A stretch of 64,000 bases of DNA from Octopus vulgaris (GCA_951406725.2 OX597828.1:5704001-5768000), one strand, 5' to 3'. Positions 27,606 to 42,521 are shown, counted from the first letter of the stretch. A program made the numbers and translations. The notes: generated from the sequence alone by a model not told the origin.

Positions 27606-29000
27606 ATGATCGAGTTATTGAGCGACTTCTTTTGAATTATGCTATTCGTTAAAACTTAAAGCTACATATACAATCTGTTCTCTATTGGAATTGGAATTTA
27701 ATGCTGATTAATGTTATACTGTATTAAATCTGCTCTAAGTTTTCAATCGTATATAATACAAGAATTAGACACGGCCTTAACATTCGATCGTGAAACAAAT
27801 TCTTACATCTATATTTTGGGTTATTTTCTTATTGCACATGTTCACGGGTCTAATTTGAAATAGAAATACAGCGACCCTTATCTAACTCAGATTCATTGAT
27901 ACAGGCTGGAAGAAGAGCATCTTATCTTCAGTCCATGGGCCGATCGGAATAGGTGCAGCAGTTGGAACTTGACTTAATGTAATCCAGAAACAGGTAGTAG
28001 CGTTAAGCTTTACTCCGAAACACACACACACACACACACATATTGAAAGATAGATGATGATGTGAAATTGCAACGGATAGTAGTATCGCCAAAAATATCT
28101 ATTTTAAATTTAGTTAAGCGAATGAATTTTGATATATCAATACATATATTCTCAGAATGTTATGTAGCTACTTCATCGCCATCACTACCACATTTCCCAG
28201 TTACCGATGTCTCATTTGATCTATCAACAAAATATTTCACCAATTTCCCAAGATTGTTCTGCAAATAATTCAAAATATCTCGTTTGTTTTATGCGCGATT
28301 TTTATTAATACACTGTAATATTGTTTTCTCTGTCATGATGCATCGTGGTTACTGGTTTTCTTATTTCCGATTCAATCATGCGTCTTGGCTTCATCTAATA
28401 TTAATGTGTAATTCTATTAGTAAATCTTCCAGCTGCAAACAGTTAGAGCAAACGACACCTCACTTCCATCACAACCAATACTACTAACGCATTTGCTGAT
28501 TCTGTTTGTAGTAGCAGTAGTAGTAGTAGTAGGAGGAGGAGGAGGAGGAGGAGGAGGGGGTAGAGGAAGGAGGAGGAGGGGGAGCAGGGGAGGCGGTGAA
28601 GTGGCAGCAGGAGAGAGAGGGATTGAGGTAAGCAGCTAAGAAGCCACGTGTGACGAGGACGAATGTACCATATTACACCAAGATACGTTCTATAAATGTA
28701 ATGGTGAGGTTTCGAGTCTCCACATGTACAATATAGTACGTTTGAATTCTGATGACGCCCTTTCATACTGAAGTAGAATTTTGTGGATCGATTATCCATA
28801 ACAAATTGTCCAGTTCAAAATATTACTTTCGATGCCTCTCTCATATTTTATTCAATATTTCAATTACATAGTAATTTGTATAATCTTCTCTTTCGAAAGA
28901 TTTAATTCTCGATTTTACCAGACGATTGCAAACGAGAGAGGGAAGGGTGGTTCGCCACTGATAACAAACCATCGCTAAACAGATAATTTTCATCATCACA

Positions 29001-29212
29001 AGGCGGTGAGCTGGCAGAATCGTCAGCACGCCGGGCAAAATGTTTTGCAGCATTTCGTTCGTCTTTACGTTCTGAGTTCAAACTCCATCTAGATCGACTT
29101 TGCCTTTTATCCCTGTGAGATTGATTAATAAATTCCAGTTGAACACTGGGGTTAAGCTAATCGACTTATGCCCTCCATGGAATTGCTGGCCTTTATCCAA
29201 GATCTGAAACCA
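29001..29212 (+). mobile_element. Nin-domain tRNA SINE
   Basis: aggcggtgagctggcagaatcgtcagcacgccgggc...gagttcaaactcc...tcgactttgcctttt. Confidence 0.85.
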
Positions 29213-29747
29213 ATATGTCTTTATAATTTTTCTATTAGCCAACGAATGAATTGCTGTACACACACATACTATAGAAATGTGTAAGTTTTAGGCCTAGGAA
29301 CAAACACCATTGAAAGGAGTTTATTACGGTTAGATGTGATTGGTATGATGTATTCTGCTTCAATTAGAGATGACAATTGCTAATCTCGTAGCTTGACCAA
29401 CATTTTGAAATATGCGTTTAAAAAGATATGAGTCGTATTTTGTTAATGTGGTGGAGGCACATGTTATCGAATTGAGGTTATCGAATGGCAATTATTTTCT
29501 CGTGCCTTAAAGTATGTGTGTTAGTTCTGACAACGTAGTCTAGTGCTTCAAAGGCCAATTCATCGCCGGCAAGGCGACTGCTATGCCTTGCCTATGCTCC
29601 TTTCCAACACAAATCGATTCTGTGTTTTGAGCAAATGACCTTTGATTGCTGTTGCTGCCGGCGTCAACGCTTGCTTAACTAATTTGTTACTTTAGTTTGT
29701 TTTCCGGCTTGGTGTGTATGAAAATTGCGATTGGTTTCCAGTAAACA

Positions 29748-29886
29748 AGTTCCTGCATACAAATCGTTTTTTTTTTTAATCATAATAGATCCAAAATCTA
29801 TAATCTATAGAACTTATAGATCCAAAATCTATAAGTTCCTGCATACAAATCGTTTTTTTTTTTAATCATAATAGATCCAAAATCTA
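29748..29886. repeat. Local tandem duplication with a complex junction
   Basis: aagttcctgcatacaaatcgtttttttttttaatcataatagatccaaaatcta occurs twice, separated by short templated pieces. Confidence 0.9.
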
Positions 29887-29919
29887 AGATGTGATTTTAG
29901 AATATGGATAACCGGCGAT

Positions 29920-30405
29920 ATACTTATTTACAGACCAACTAAATACTATTTATATATGAATTAGATGATCTGTGAGTTTCGGTTCATGTCCATATTAGCA
30001 CATTCGGGAAGCTCAGTCCGTACCTGTTAGAGAATTGGCAAAGTCTGGGCAGGTTTCTGAAGATTTGTACCTCATTCTCATGTCAGCTAACGTCACAGAA
30101 TCCAAATGTCTATCCAGTATGGCGTTGCAATCGTGGTACATTCCGCGGAAAACAAATGCATGATGAGGCATAGATAGCTACAAGTCTGACAAGAACTATT
30201 TGTTGCTGTTTACAAATAGTCCTTAAATAACTCCCTTGTTTCTGAAGATAGTGTGTATCAAGACATCCAGGCTCTCGGGTACCATAAAGACATTCCCCTT
30301 CCTAGGTCGTGGTGCGCCTGGGAGGTGTGGAAACACCGTATCCACCGAAACTATGCGTAAATGTTCGTGGATCGGTGATTCTTCTCTAGCTATGAGGTCA
30401 GCCCA
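29920..30405 (-). mobile_element. Old L1/Tx1 APE endonuclease relic
   Basis: Minus-strand peptides PESLDVLIHTIFRNKG, VRLVAIYAS, DCNAILDRHLDS (GDFN-like) and FPNVLIWT. Confidence 0.6.
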
Positions 30406-30407
30406 TA

Positions 30408-31325
30408 TATTGGGTTTTCCCATAAATAATACTGTTTTTTCACTTGCATGAAATTAAATTCGGAGAGGGCCGGGATAAGCTACGTGCACAAACTTGCTAT
30501 AAAAGCTGGTATTAATTTTACATTGTACTTATTCTTAGTGAAAGTTTTGACGAGTGCAGTTCGATTTTAACAGTTATAATGGGAGTGACAAATGAGCATA
30601 TTCGTCATATTTTGCTTTGTGAGTTCGATAAATGCAACATCAGAACGGAAAGAGCGAGGAATATTAATGCAGTAGATAGCGATCGGACAATAAGCATAAA
30701 CCAGTATCAACGGTGGTTCCAGAAATCCCAAGCCCGAAACTACAGCCTAGAAGACGAGGACGTTCTGCAAACCCTCGTAGAACAAAATCTTATAATAACT
30801 GTTGAGGAACTAGCAGTGAAGCTTGGATTTGGTCATTCAACCATTCATCGACATCTGCGTGCTACCGGAAAAGTCAGAATATTAGGTCAATGGGTTCCTC
30901 ACAAACTTTCCCAGTTTAATCGTGCGCAGCGGATGAATGTGCGTTCTTCTTTGGTGTAACGTCTCACGAAACAGCTTATTTTGAACCGAATAGTGTCTGG
31001 TACCGACAGATGGCTTCTCTATAAAAATGTCAAGCGCCGATGACAGTAGGAAACAATTCCTTAGCCACCATATTCGAGAGACATTTCCCCATCTGATTAT
31101 CATTTATTCCGCGGTTTTCAAATTCATTTGGATGGGAATAAAATGAATTATGTAGACGAGGTCAGAACAGTACTGGAGGAGAATTTTTCGCCACGGACAA
31201 GTGAATTTTGGAAGAATGGCCTTTCAAGTCTTCCAGATAGATAGAAGAGCATTGTAAAAAATGAACGAGAGTATATTTCAGATAAAAAAGAACATTATTT
31301 ATCCTAAGTTAGAAAAGTGAAAGAA
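30408..31325 (+). mobile_element. Mariner transposon relic with internal deletions
   Basis: MGVTNEHIRHILLCEF...RWFQK...SLED...TVEELA..LG..HSTIHRHL...GQWVPHKL. Later, decayed IVSG.D.WLLY and C-terminal GLSSLPDR. Left TIR-like tattgggttttcccataaataat. Confidence 0.9.
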
Positions 31326-32039
31326 ATATTTTTTTGTACGCGAAGGAGTATCTGACCATTTTTCTGATTGTGGATGTTTCAAAAATAGTGCTTTATATAT
31401 TCATCGAGATCTCCAACTCATTTGGCGTATTTATTTGTTAAGATGTTGCGTGTGTGTTGTGATTTCTGAATGGTTTTCGAACGTGCTGAAAAGCTATTGG
31501 CTAATGTAGTTACAGTGCGTGATGCTTGTATGTCGGTGTAGATGATCCATTCATTTTTATTGTTGGAGTTCGTAAAGTATAATTAATTTCTTTGTTTTTG
31601 TTCATGTTGGGCGTATGGCAGCACTGCTGTTTTGTGCTTGGAAATGTCGCGTCTAGGATATTAGTGGTAGTAAAGGAGTTGGTGGTGCTGATTGCATTTG
31701 TGAAGCCAATGTTGGTACATCGATGCTCAAAAGTCTCATTTATTTATTCATACCTGCCGGTTATTGTGTAGGTGTGTTTCAGTCTCCAATGTAGCTTATT
31801 TCAATGATCCTAAATAAGAAGGTTCATGTTATGGAGTTTCATTGTATTTTGTTTTGCTGTTGTTTGTGGACTTCCATTTGATGTAGTTGTTGATGTGCTT
31901 CTTGAGTATTTTGTTGCTATTGTAACTGCTGCTTAAAGTTTTCTAGCTGAAGCTGCAATCAATGTTGCTTACGTGTTGTTGTGGTTGTTGTTGCTGTTTC
32001 TGTTGCAGCTGAAATTATAGTGCTAGCATTAGGCATAGT

Positions 32040-32288
32040 GTTGGCATAGCTTCCAGGTTATGTAAGTCTCAACTCTGTCGTGTCTGTGAATAAATTCCTC
32101 CAGGACTGGGCAGCCAGAGATAATATGATTTATTGTTTCTTGTCCATCTCTACATATATCCTGCAGTTACTTGTTGTGTTTCTTTTCATTATATGTTTTT
32201 GGTAATTTCTGGTGGGGATGCTTTGGTCTTGTATTGCACTTAAAAATCCTTCAATCTCTGCTTTGAGTCCTGAGCTTCTCAACCACTG
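32040..32288 (-). mobile_element. R4/Dong LINE fragment (CCHC region)
   Basis: WLRSSGLKAEIEGFL..QDQS.PTRNYQKHI...CRI..DGQETINHIISGCPVLEEFIHRHDRV; near-identical to 34305-34548. Confidence 0.85.
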
Positions 32289-32639
32289 ACATTCTTAACT
32301 TGTTTTTGAGGCAGAAAACTTTGATTTAACTAAAATTTCCACAGTTGTAGAATCGAGGCCTTCGACCTTCAGCTACTACCAACATTTACAAAACTCCTCT
32401 GATCACTTTTAGCTCGAATAACATTGTCGAATGTCTCAGGTTTATCTTTAATCAGAATCAACCCTAATCCGACCTAATTTTCTCTAGAGAATGTTTAATT
32501 CCTAATAACTTACAAAAAGGTTACCCTTCAGTTCTTAAGGGTTCCGTGGTGTGTTTCTGGGCTAAGGTTTTCTTTTTAGAAAATACTTTGGATATAACCG
32601 AAAATATCGATTTGTTTGACAAAAGTAATTTTTCTCAAA

Positions 32640-32792
32640 AGCTTCCGACGGATATTACGTTCAGAGTTAAAATTCCGCTGAGGTCGACTTTACTCTTTCA
32701 TTCTTTCAGAGTCGATAAATTAAGTAACATCAAGTACTGGGGTCCATAGAATCGACTTAGCCCCTCCCTCAAAATTGCTACCCTTGTGGCAA
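32640..32792 (+). mobile_element. Nin-domain SINE
   Basis: attccgctgaggtcgactttactctttcattctttcagagtcgataaattaagta. Confidence 0.75.
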
Positions 32793-32801
32793 AGTCTTCT
32801 T

Positions 32802-33778
<977 letters not shown>

Positions 33779-34853
33779 TCAGTGGTCTTATTTTTATCAC
33801 GTGCTTTCACTTCACTATCGAGCGCAGTTCTGTGTGTCTTGGGTATGTACTGTGGATTGTTGTGATGCTCTAATGCCCTAATAGTTACTGTACTGAAAGT
33901 GTTTTACGTAGGATGTCTGCGGGGCCTAGTAGTGCAACTTTCTGTATGTTCTGGTGCTTTTGCTATGTATTTGCCTGAATATTTTTTATCAAACCTAATA
34001 TGCCTACTATGATAGGAATTGTTTCTGTTTTTAGATTCCACATTCTAGTTGACTCTATTTCCAAGTATTTGTATTTTGAAAGTTTCTCCATTTCTTTTAG
34101 AGAAACGTTGCCATCTGATGGTATTGATACATCAATTAGAAAGCATGTTTTTCTTCGCGAACTCTGGCAACTATATCTGGCCTATTGGCCTTAATTTCTC
34201 TATCTGTGTGTATTGGCAAATCCCAGAGTATGGTTGCTTTCTTGTTCTCTGTGACCTTTTCCGGTGTGTGCCTATACCATCTTTTTTCTGTTTTTATTCC
34301 TTAGTGTTGACATAGCTTCCAGGTTATGTAAGTTTCAACTCTGTCGTGTCTGTGAATATATTCCTCCAGTAACTGGGCAGCCAGAGATAATATGATTTAT
34401 TGTTTCTTGTCCATCTCCACATATTCTGCAGTTACTTGTGTTTCTTTTCATTATATGTTTTTGGTAATTTCTGGTGGGGAGGCTTTGGTCTTGTATTGCA
34501 ATTAAAAATCCTTCAATCTCTGCTTTGAGTTCTGAGCTTCTCAACCATTGCTGGAATTTTTCTCTGTCTATTTTGTTTGCATTGCATTTAGTTTAATATT
34601 TGCCATGAAGGGGCTTTTCTTGCAGTCGTTCTATCATGGTCTGTTGCTGTTCTAGTTTTAGTTTGGATCTCATTTGTTTTATAGCTTTTGTTGTTTCTTC
34701 TTCTTCTTCTTCATATTCATTAGGTAGTATGACTTCTTGTTTGTATTTGTCAGATTCCTTAAATACTAGGAACATTTTTTTATTGCTCGTGTTTTGTGGT
34801 TATTTGTATTTGTTTTCGTTGCTTCTGAGTTAGGTATTTTTGCAGTCTTATGG
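33779..34853 (-). mobile_element. 5'-truncated R4/Dong-clade LINE (CCHC + restriction-like endonuclease)
   Basis: KPLHGKY, WLRSSELKAEIEGFLIAIQDQSLPTRNY, CRICG..QETINHIISGCP, RHDRV, ILWDLPIHTDREIKANRPDIV, IDVSIPSD, EKLSKY, IPIIVG, QKVALLG..DILRK. 3' end runs into (GAT)n/(TAA)n. Confidence 0.92.
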
Positions 34854-34854
34854 T

Positions 34855-35265
34855 GAACAGCGTATACCATCAAAGTAACAGTAGGGTAGAAATGCATAAC
34901 CACCATAACTGCCTGTGTAATTAGGGTACACCAGGCACAAGTCTCACAAACTTATGTGCGTGACATGGTGAACTCATATAAAAATAAACTGCGCATGAAT
35001 TTTCTGAGAGTCACATACCTCAGCTCGGTCAAAGGTCCCTGAACAAGGTTTGTTTAAAGATGTTGAGCGAAACACCCATATTTCCAGAGGTGAATCATTA
35101 AAACACCAAATAATTCTTGTTGACACATGGCCATGATGCACCCCTACTACATCTGTTCCTGATCAAAGATGCACATACAGGTAGCCAAGAGAAAATATGT
35201 ACGTGGTAACACTTCCCATCAGTTTAGATCAGAAGCCATGAGTCAGGGCCTGGTATTGCATCAGT
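34855..35265 (-). mobile_element. Older copy of the ~550-bp (TAA)n-associated element
   Basis: Diverged match to the family; abuts the truncated 5' end of the Dong fragment. Confidence 0.8.
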
Positions 35266-35267
35266 TC

Positions 35268-35340
<73 letters not shown>

Positions 35341-35372
35341 GTTGTTGTTGTTGTTGTTATTGTTATTGTTAC

Positions 35373-35436
<64 letters not shown>

Positions 35437-35487
35437 TATTGTTGTTGTTATTGTTATTGTTATTATTATTATTATTATTGTTATTAC

Positions 35488-35518
<31 letters not shown>

Positions 35519-35562
35519 GTTGTTATTATTATTATTATTATTATTATCATTATTATTATTAC

Positions 35563-35595
<33 letters not shown>

Positions 35596-35612
35596 CATTA
35601 TTATATCATTAT

Positions 35613-36072
35613 GAGTGAGAGAGTAGTGCATGCCATCAAAGTGACACTGGTGTAACATATAGGAGGACCAGTATACCCTTCATGACTACCCTTCTGATAA
35701 GGATACACCAGACACATGCATCACAACCATATGTGTGCGATATAGGGATTTCATATCAAGATAAGCAGCGCATGACCTTGTAGGTGGGGCCCAGTTATAA
35801 TTTTCTTTTGGTCGAGTAACCCATCTGGCTCAAAAGGTCCCTGAATAAGTGTTGTTTAAGGATGTTGAACGAAACACCCATTTTCCCAGAGGTGAATTAT
35901 TCAAACCCCAAAGAATCCCTCTCAACACAAGGTTATGATGCTCGCCCACTACTCCTGCTCGTGGTCAGAGATGCACATATCGTCAGCCACTAAGGGACAT
36001 GCTCAACTAGTTACGGTCGAACAACTGACAAGCAAATTTGTAGTATTGAGCAGAATATTTGCTGAAGCCCAT
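35613..36072 (-). mobile_element. ~550-bp (TAA)n-associated element, truncated copy
   Basis: gagtgagagagtagtgcatgccatcaaagtgacactgg...gcagaatatttgctg. Confidence 0.88.
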
Positions 36073-36124
36073 CATCATCGTCATTCTCATCGTCATCGTC
36101 ATCGTCATCATTATTATTATTATT

Positions 36125-36419
36125 CTATGTTTGACTTTTGCTTTATATTTGTACAAGTCGGCTCTAAGTCTCACCCAGAGACCTCAAGAGACAACAGGTT
36201 GGAAGTTCATGTTGTTGTTATGCCATATATTTGGTTTTGTATTCAGTGTTGTACTAGTGAGTGTCTTAAAAAAACACGAAAATTATGTTTGTTTTGAAAA
36301 ATGAGATTACATAGAAAGTATTTTGCGTAGGATATGAGCAGTTCCTATGAGCAGTATCTTTTGAATTTCTGCCATTTCTGGGTTTCCTGGTATCTGAGTT
36401 AGGTTGCAATCAGCCCCTG

Positions 36420-36420
<1 letters not shown>
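36125..36420 (-). mobile_element. R4/Dong LINE 3' end (second subfamily)
   Basis: LTQIPGNPEMAEIQKILLIGTAHILRKILSM*, then a 3' UTR and (TAA)n. Confidence 0.8.
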
Positions 36421-36496
<76 letters not shown>

Positions 36497-36500
36497 CATC

Positions 36501-36588
<88 letters not shown>

Positions 36589-36600
36589 TTATTATTATTA

Positions 36601-36644
<44 letters not shown>

Positions 36645-36647
36645 TTA

Positions 36648-36900
36648 TTGTTTTTGCACAGCTTCTAACGCTGGAGATGTTCTAAGGTGTCAGCTGTTCA
36701 CTACCAGCGCACTAAAGTAACACACCTCATTTTTCGAGTGGTTCGAAGCAGTAGTGTTTTCTGCAAGTGCTCCACCCTTATTGCAATCCCTATTTGTTTC
36801 ATGTACTTCTCAAAATTTTTACTTGATGTTCCCAAGGCTCCGACAATTATTATTACTACTAGCATATTTTTCATCAACCACAACTGCTTAACCTCCCAAC
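36648..36900 (-). mobile_element. R4/Dong LINE 3' end (third subfamily)
   Basis: WEVKQLW.MK..VVIIIVGALGTSSKNFEKY..QIG...EHLQKTLLLRTTRKMR, then a (TAA)n tail. Confidence 0.8.
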
Positions 36901-37202
36901 TACCGACTTTTGTTGTTCCTACGTAGGTGTTAGTGTAAATGGTGTTTATGTGCTGGAAACAGTGAAATTTGACACTGGGATATCTTGCTGAGAGAGGAAC
37001 CCAACATTTCTGAGTCGACATGATATTTTCTAATACTAAACGAAATTCTTGAAACCAAATTTTCAAGTTCTCTAGCCTGCAGTAAATTCGTCAACTTTCA
37101 TGAATACTATTAAGTCTGATCGATAAACCTTCCGTTAAGCGCAGAATCATGTAAGTTATCTTCTCTAGATTGAATATAAACCAATAAATATGACCTTACG
37201 AT

Positions 37203-37670
37203 TGGCTGTGTTGTAGGTAGCTTGCTTACCAACAACATGGTTCTGGGTTCGTTCCCACTGCGTGGCACCTTGAGCAAGTGTCTTCTACTATAGCCTCGGG
37301 CCGACCAAAGCTTTGTGAGTGGTTTTGGTAGACGGAAACTGAATGAAACCCGTCGTATATATATGTGTGTATATATATTTGTGTATATATATGAATATAT
37401 ATATATATTTATATTTATATATACATATATACATATGTGTGTGTATATATATATGTGTATGTCTATATGTTTGTGTGTCTGTGTTTGTTCCCCCCAACAT
37501 CGCTTGACAACCGATGGTGGTGTGTACGTCTCCGTAACTTAGCGGTTGGGCCAAAGAGACCAATAAAATAAGTACTAGGCTTCCAAAGAATAAGTTCCGG
37601 GGACGATTTTCTCGACTAAAAGCGGTGCTCCAGCATGACCACAGTCAAATAACTGAAACCAGTAAAAGAG
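37203..37670 (+). mobile_element. CORE-type tRNA SINE
   Basis: Same head, internal microsatellite and tail as 20331. Confidence 0.9.
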
Positions 37671-37807
37671 CAAATGTGTTAGTTAGACAACTGCATGAGT
37701 GTGTGGCACGAAAGTAACAGAACTTCGAATTAACTGAAATATGTTCTCTTCAGTCTCTCTAAATGTCCTCTATTTTACCCTAGATTTCCAAGCGAACATC
37801 ACCATAC

Positions 37808-37971
37808 CGCAGGAGTGGCTGTGTGCTAAGTAGCTTGTTTACCAGCCACATGGTTCCGGGTTCAGTCCCACTGCGCGGCACCTTGGGCAAGTGTCTTCTA
37901 CTATAAACCTCGGGCCGACCAAAGCCTTGTGAGTGGATTTGGTAGACGGAAACTGAAAGAATCCCGTCGTA

Positions 37972-38019
<48 letters not shown>

Positions 38020-38231
38020 TGTGTGTGTTTGTGTGTCTGTGTTTGTCCCCCTAGCATTGCTTGACAACCGATGCTGGTGTGTTTATGTCCCCGTTACATA
38101 GCGGTTCGGCAAAAGAGACCGATAGAATAAGTACAGGGCTTACAAAAGAATAAGTCCCAGGGTCGAGTTGCTCGATTAAAGGCGGTGCTCCAGCATGACC
38201 GCAGTCATTTGACTGAAACATATAAAAGAGT
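37808..38231 (+). mobile_element. CORE-type tRNA SINE (young)
   Basis: cgcaggagtggctgtgtg...ggttcagtccc...accttgggcaagtgtctt...(TA)n...aaaagagt. Confidence 0.92.
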
Positions 38232-38397
38232 ATACCAAAGAAAAATCAATGTACTTTATTTCGATCCCTAATTCAGTTGCAGTATTTTAATGATTCCATT
38301 TTATTGTTGTCGTCTACATTTTCAGGTTTAAGAAACAAATATTACTATCACTCCTACGCCTACATTTATCTTGCAATTCGACTCTCCTAAATGGCAA

Positions 38398-38740
38398 CTC
38401 ACACCTAACCATAAACCTAAACTTTAACGGTAAACGTAATTCTAACCTTAAATTAAAGTTCAAACTAAACCTAACCTTGTGTAGGTAACTTCATATCGTC
38501 GAATATGGATACGACGTTGAACCACACGCTAACGTAGCATAGTTTCTTTGTTTGTAATAAGTTAAGAAAAGGGTTTTAGAGTTATGTTAAACTTTAACTG
38601 TTAGGGTTACGGTTTAATGTTAGTTTTGGGGTTACTGCTAGGTTTAGGTTTATGAATAAGGTGAGTGTTTAATGATAGATTTAGGGATAGGATATATGGT
38701 AATCGTTTAGAATTAGGGTTAATGTTAAGTTTGGACTGCA
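38398..38740. mobile_element. Fold-back with degenerate telomere-like arrays (CCTAAC-type left arm, TTAGGG-type right arm)
   Basis: Left cctaaccataaacctaaactttaac...ctaaacctaacc; right gttagggttacggttt...ggtttaggttt...ttagggttaatgttaag. Confidence 0.6.
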
Positions 38741-39143
38741 TGCTAAACTTTAAATGGGTGTGTAAAATACACATTTAAATGCAACCTATTTACTTAATAT
38801 TAAGACGAAGTAAAACTTATTATTTTAATTATTAATTATTTATATTGATTATATTTTATCAGTTGCGACGAAAAGAAAGGATGGAAATAATTCTTGACAT
38901 AATCCAGATATATCTGGATTATGGCATTTGAAACTGTCATGCGAGATATAGGTCTGAGTGACCATAAGTTGATATATTTATGATAAAAATCTAAAAAATA
39001 CTCTTATTCTCAGATAATGTTGTCAATTTTGCTATATTTCAACGAAGATGGTGATGTCTTTGTCTTCTGAACTTGCACTTAAAACTTATGCATTCCAATG
39101 TAATATTAGAGTACGGAAATTTTGCACAATTATTTGTATTTTG

Positions 39144-39176
<33 letters not shown>

Positions 39177-39180
<4 letters not shown>

Positions 39181-39379
39181 ATCCAAACAAAAAAACACAA
39201 AAAAACACAACAACGCGAGGACGTGGAACAAATATAGTATTATTGGACGCTCAGGAAAGAAGGGAAGAAGGAGGGTTTAACGTTTCGAGCGGAGATCTTC
39301 GTCGGAAACATAGGAGAAGCAAAGATCCAGAGAAGGGAAGACAGAAGAAAAAATATCGCCAACGGTACACACGAGGTCA
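39177..39379 (-). mobile_element. Family B hammerhead element in (TA)n
   Basis: Near-identical to 21455-21654. Confidence 0.88.
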
Positions 39380-41518
39380 TATATATATAATTTCAATCTA
39401 TTGGAAAATCGGAAATTTTTTCTACATTATATAACGCTACTATACCAAAGGCCTATGCAATGTATATCTGTAGGTGAAACTAGGTTGGAATAAGAACGGG
39501 TTGGAATAAGAACCAATCTTATCCGCCAGTCGCATTTAGGTCTTTGATTATAATATATTCTATAAATACTATTTATTGTATACAGAGAGATCTATCACTT
39601 GAAGATGCATTTATGTTTTTCTCTCATTCATACTTAACTACGTTTTGGCTTATACCTATATCTCTTATGTTTTTTACTGCATCAATGTTGACAAGGGTTT
39701 CTGAAAGGCATTTTCCTTCAGTGCGAATGTTTGTTCCTGTTATGTAATGAATGGTTTAGCTCATACGTGCCTATATATACGATTTTATACGAATGTATAT
39801 AGGTATCTTAATTACAATTTCCTAGCCGTAGATTAATAGCATGCAGCTAAGCGGTTTCGGCTACTTCTGACTTATAGTAAACACGTATACTCACTAGAAA
39901 CTAAGGAAGAACATCACCCACGGATACATATATGCATGCATTGATACATACATATATGCATACAAACATACATACATGAATTCATACATTCATACATACA
40001 TATGTGTGCGTGTGTAGGTATATATATATATATATATATATACACACGAACACACAAACACACTAACACACACACACATGCACACACACACACACACACA
40101 CACGCATTAAGGTTAGTACACTTCTGTGTGAATGTGTCTGGGTGTGAACTTTCAGTCTGCCTTTATCACTTTAGCACAGCAAATATCATTCCGAAACAAA
40201 GCGAATGGGAAAAAATTGGATATCCTGCTCGATCTAAAACCAGCTCTATCGATATATCTCAATCTACCCAACACCGATATAATCGAGAGCATTGCCATTA
40301 CTTACAAGATCAAAAAAACTTATAGATGATTCTCTCATCTATCTCTCTAGTCTTCCTAACTTTATCTCATTCAATCTTTCACTATCACCCTGGCTCTCAC
40401 TGACTTTCACTTTCTCTCTGTCTAATTATCTCCTAACAAATTCCACCGGTTTTATTTCATTCAAATCCCCGATATATCCAGTCTTTTCGTCTTTTCCTTC
40501 CTATCTCACACGGCCCCACCTCTGCTTCTCTCACTGTTTATAATCACTGCTCTCTCTCAGGCTCATGTTCAACATTCCACTATAGCCCATATTCTTATTT
40601 ATTTTTCAGCATTCAATAAATTATTCCAGTTTTGTATTTTTTGCTTTTGATTTTAATCTAATTCTCCCCAGCCTCGCCTACTTATATTCCGTTTCCTCCA
40701 TTTTATCAGATATCTACTTTTCCTTTATTTATTAAATCATTTATTAATATTTATTGTTTATTTTACTATATTTTATTTTTGTTACTGTGTCTGATTTTCA
40801 TTGTTCGTTTGTTCTTCGTCTCTCCATCTGCGTTGATTTTGTTACATTAATTCTGTCTGGATCGATCAGTCTATTCATATTGATGAAAAAAAAATTAAAG
40901 AGAGAAAAAAAAAACGGAGTTGAAAGAATTATCGCAAACGCAAAAGAGTGACATGCTTAAGATAAGAGAGCAGTAAGCAGTACCGCCGAAGCACTGGTGG
41001 TGGAGTGATGTTAGAGCAGGATTAGGATTATAGATATATGGGTAATGATGACGAAACATTGCAGTCGGATAGCGTGCTTAGATCGGGGTGTTGGTATGTT
41101 CCATCAAATGGTTGACTGTGTGAAAGGTTTGGGAAATCGGGAGGGGAATAGGTGTTAGATTTCCATGTTGATAAACCAAATAGCGTAACAGGTTTTTTTT
41201 AAAATTTGCTAAGGATAATGTCACAACTGCTGTTAGTGTTACTCTACTTCTTTCTGCAGCTGATGTTGGGAACGTTGAAAATAACCTTGATCACAATGAA
41301 AACAATTATGCCAACAACAACGATAACGATGATGATGGTCATCATCACCCATTATCTGAATTTCAGTAACGTGACACTTTTAAGGCTTGTACTGGATTGG
41401 ATTGGATCTCCTAATCTACAAATGTTAAGTTTCCACGTTAGTGTCATTTATATGTACAACCGATGGCATTCTAGAGTTTTCGTCTATATATATATATATA
41501 CTGACGTATATACTGTAC

Positions 41519-41568
<50 letters not shown>

Positions 41569-41802
41569 GCACACACACACACACACACACAGAGGCACAG
41601 GCACAGACACATGCGCGCGCTCACACACGCATATACATATATCTGTATATATAGGGACAAACGTGGCTGTATGATGAGATTTAGCTGTGTGTGGATTTCG
41701 TAGAGGGAAACTGAAAGAAGCCTCTCTTGTATGTGTGTGTGAGTGTGTATGTGTGTTTATCTGTGTGTGTAGTATATGTGTGTGGATGTATACGAATATA
41801 TA

Positions 41803-42258
41803 TAGGGGGAGGTGAATAATCTGTCGACAAAATTCCGCAGAAATGAAAATAAAAATGACATCTGATTTTAACAGATACATTTATCAAAATTACATAAAAA
41901 TATCTTGAAATATTAAAAAGTAAATTTATTCAATAATATCGTCATTGGTTTCAACCAAACGTCTTCGGTATCTCCTGCAACTCTTCTAGATGATCTCATT
42001 CTTTCTATTGGTAAATGCTCCCATAATCCTTGCCTTTAGTTCATCTTTGGTGCTATATGGAGTTATGTTGGATTCTCGCGCGACTGCGCCCCATACATAA
42101 TAATCAAGGAGGATGGAGTCTGGGAATTGAGGTGGCAAGATGTTAGGTGAGGTGTGGTCGCAGAAACTGTCTGACATCCATGATTGAGTTCTGCTTCTGT
42201 GACATGGTGCAGAGTCCTGTTGTCAGACATAAGGTCTTCCAGCAGTCACCGTGTTGAC
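41803..42258 (-). mobile_element. maT/DD37D-like transposon, 3' part
   Basis: [15 protein letters not shown]...PNILPPQFPDSILLDYYVWGAV...KDELKARIM; homologous to 1310-1710. Confidence 0.88.
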
Positions 42259-42288
42259 ATATATATGTATATATATATATGTGTATAT

Positions 42289-42359
<71 letters not shown>

Positions 42360-42492
42360 GTGACTTGTTTCAGTCATTTCTCTGAGGTCATACTGGAGCA
42401 CCGCCTAAATAGTTTTAGTTGAACACATCAACTCTGAAATTTATTTCTTAAACCTAGTACTTATTCTATCAGTCTCTTTTGCCTAACCGCTG
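42360..42492 (-). mobile_element. CORE-type SINE tail fragment
   Basis: acttgtttcagtcattt...ctggagcaccgcct...cctagtacttattctatc. Confidence 0.75.
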
Positions 42493-42521
42493 TATTACTG
42501 CAACTGTTAAATTCCTGTAAA

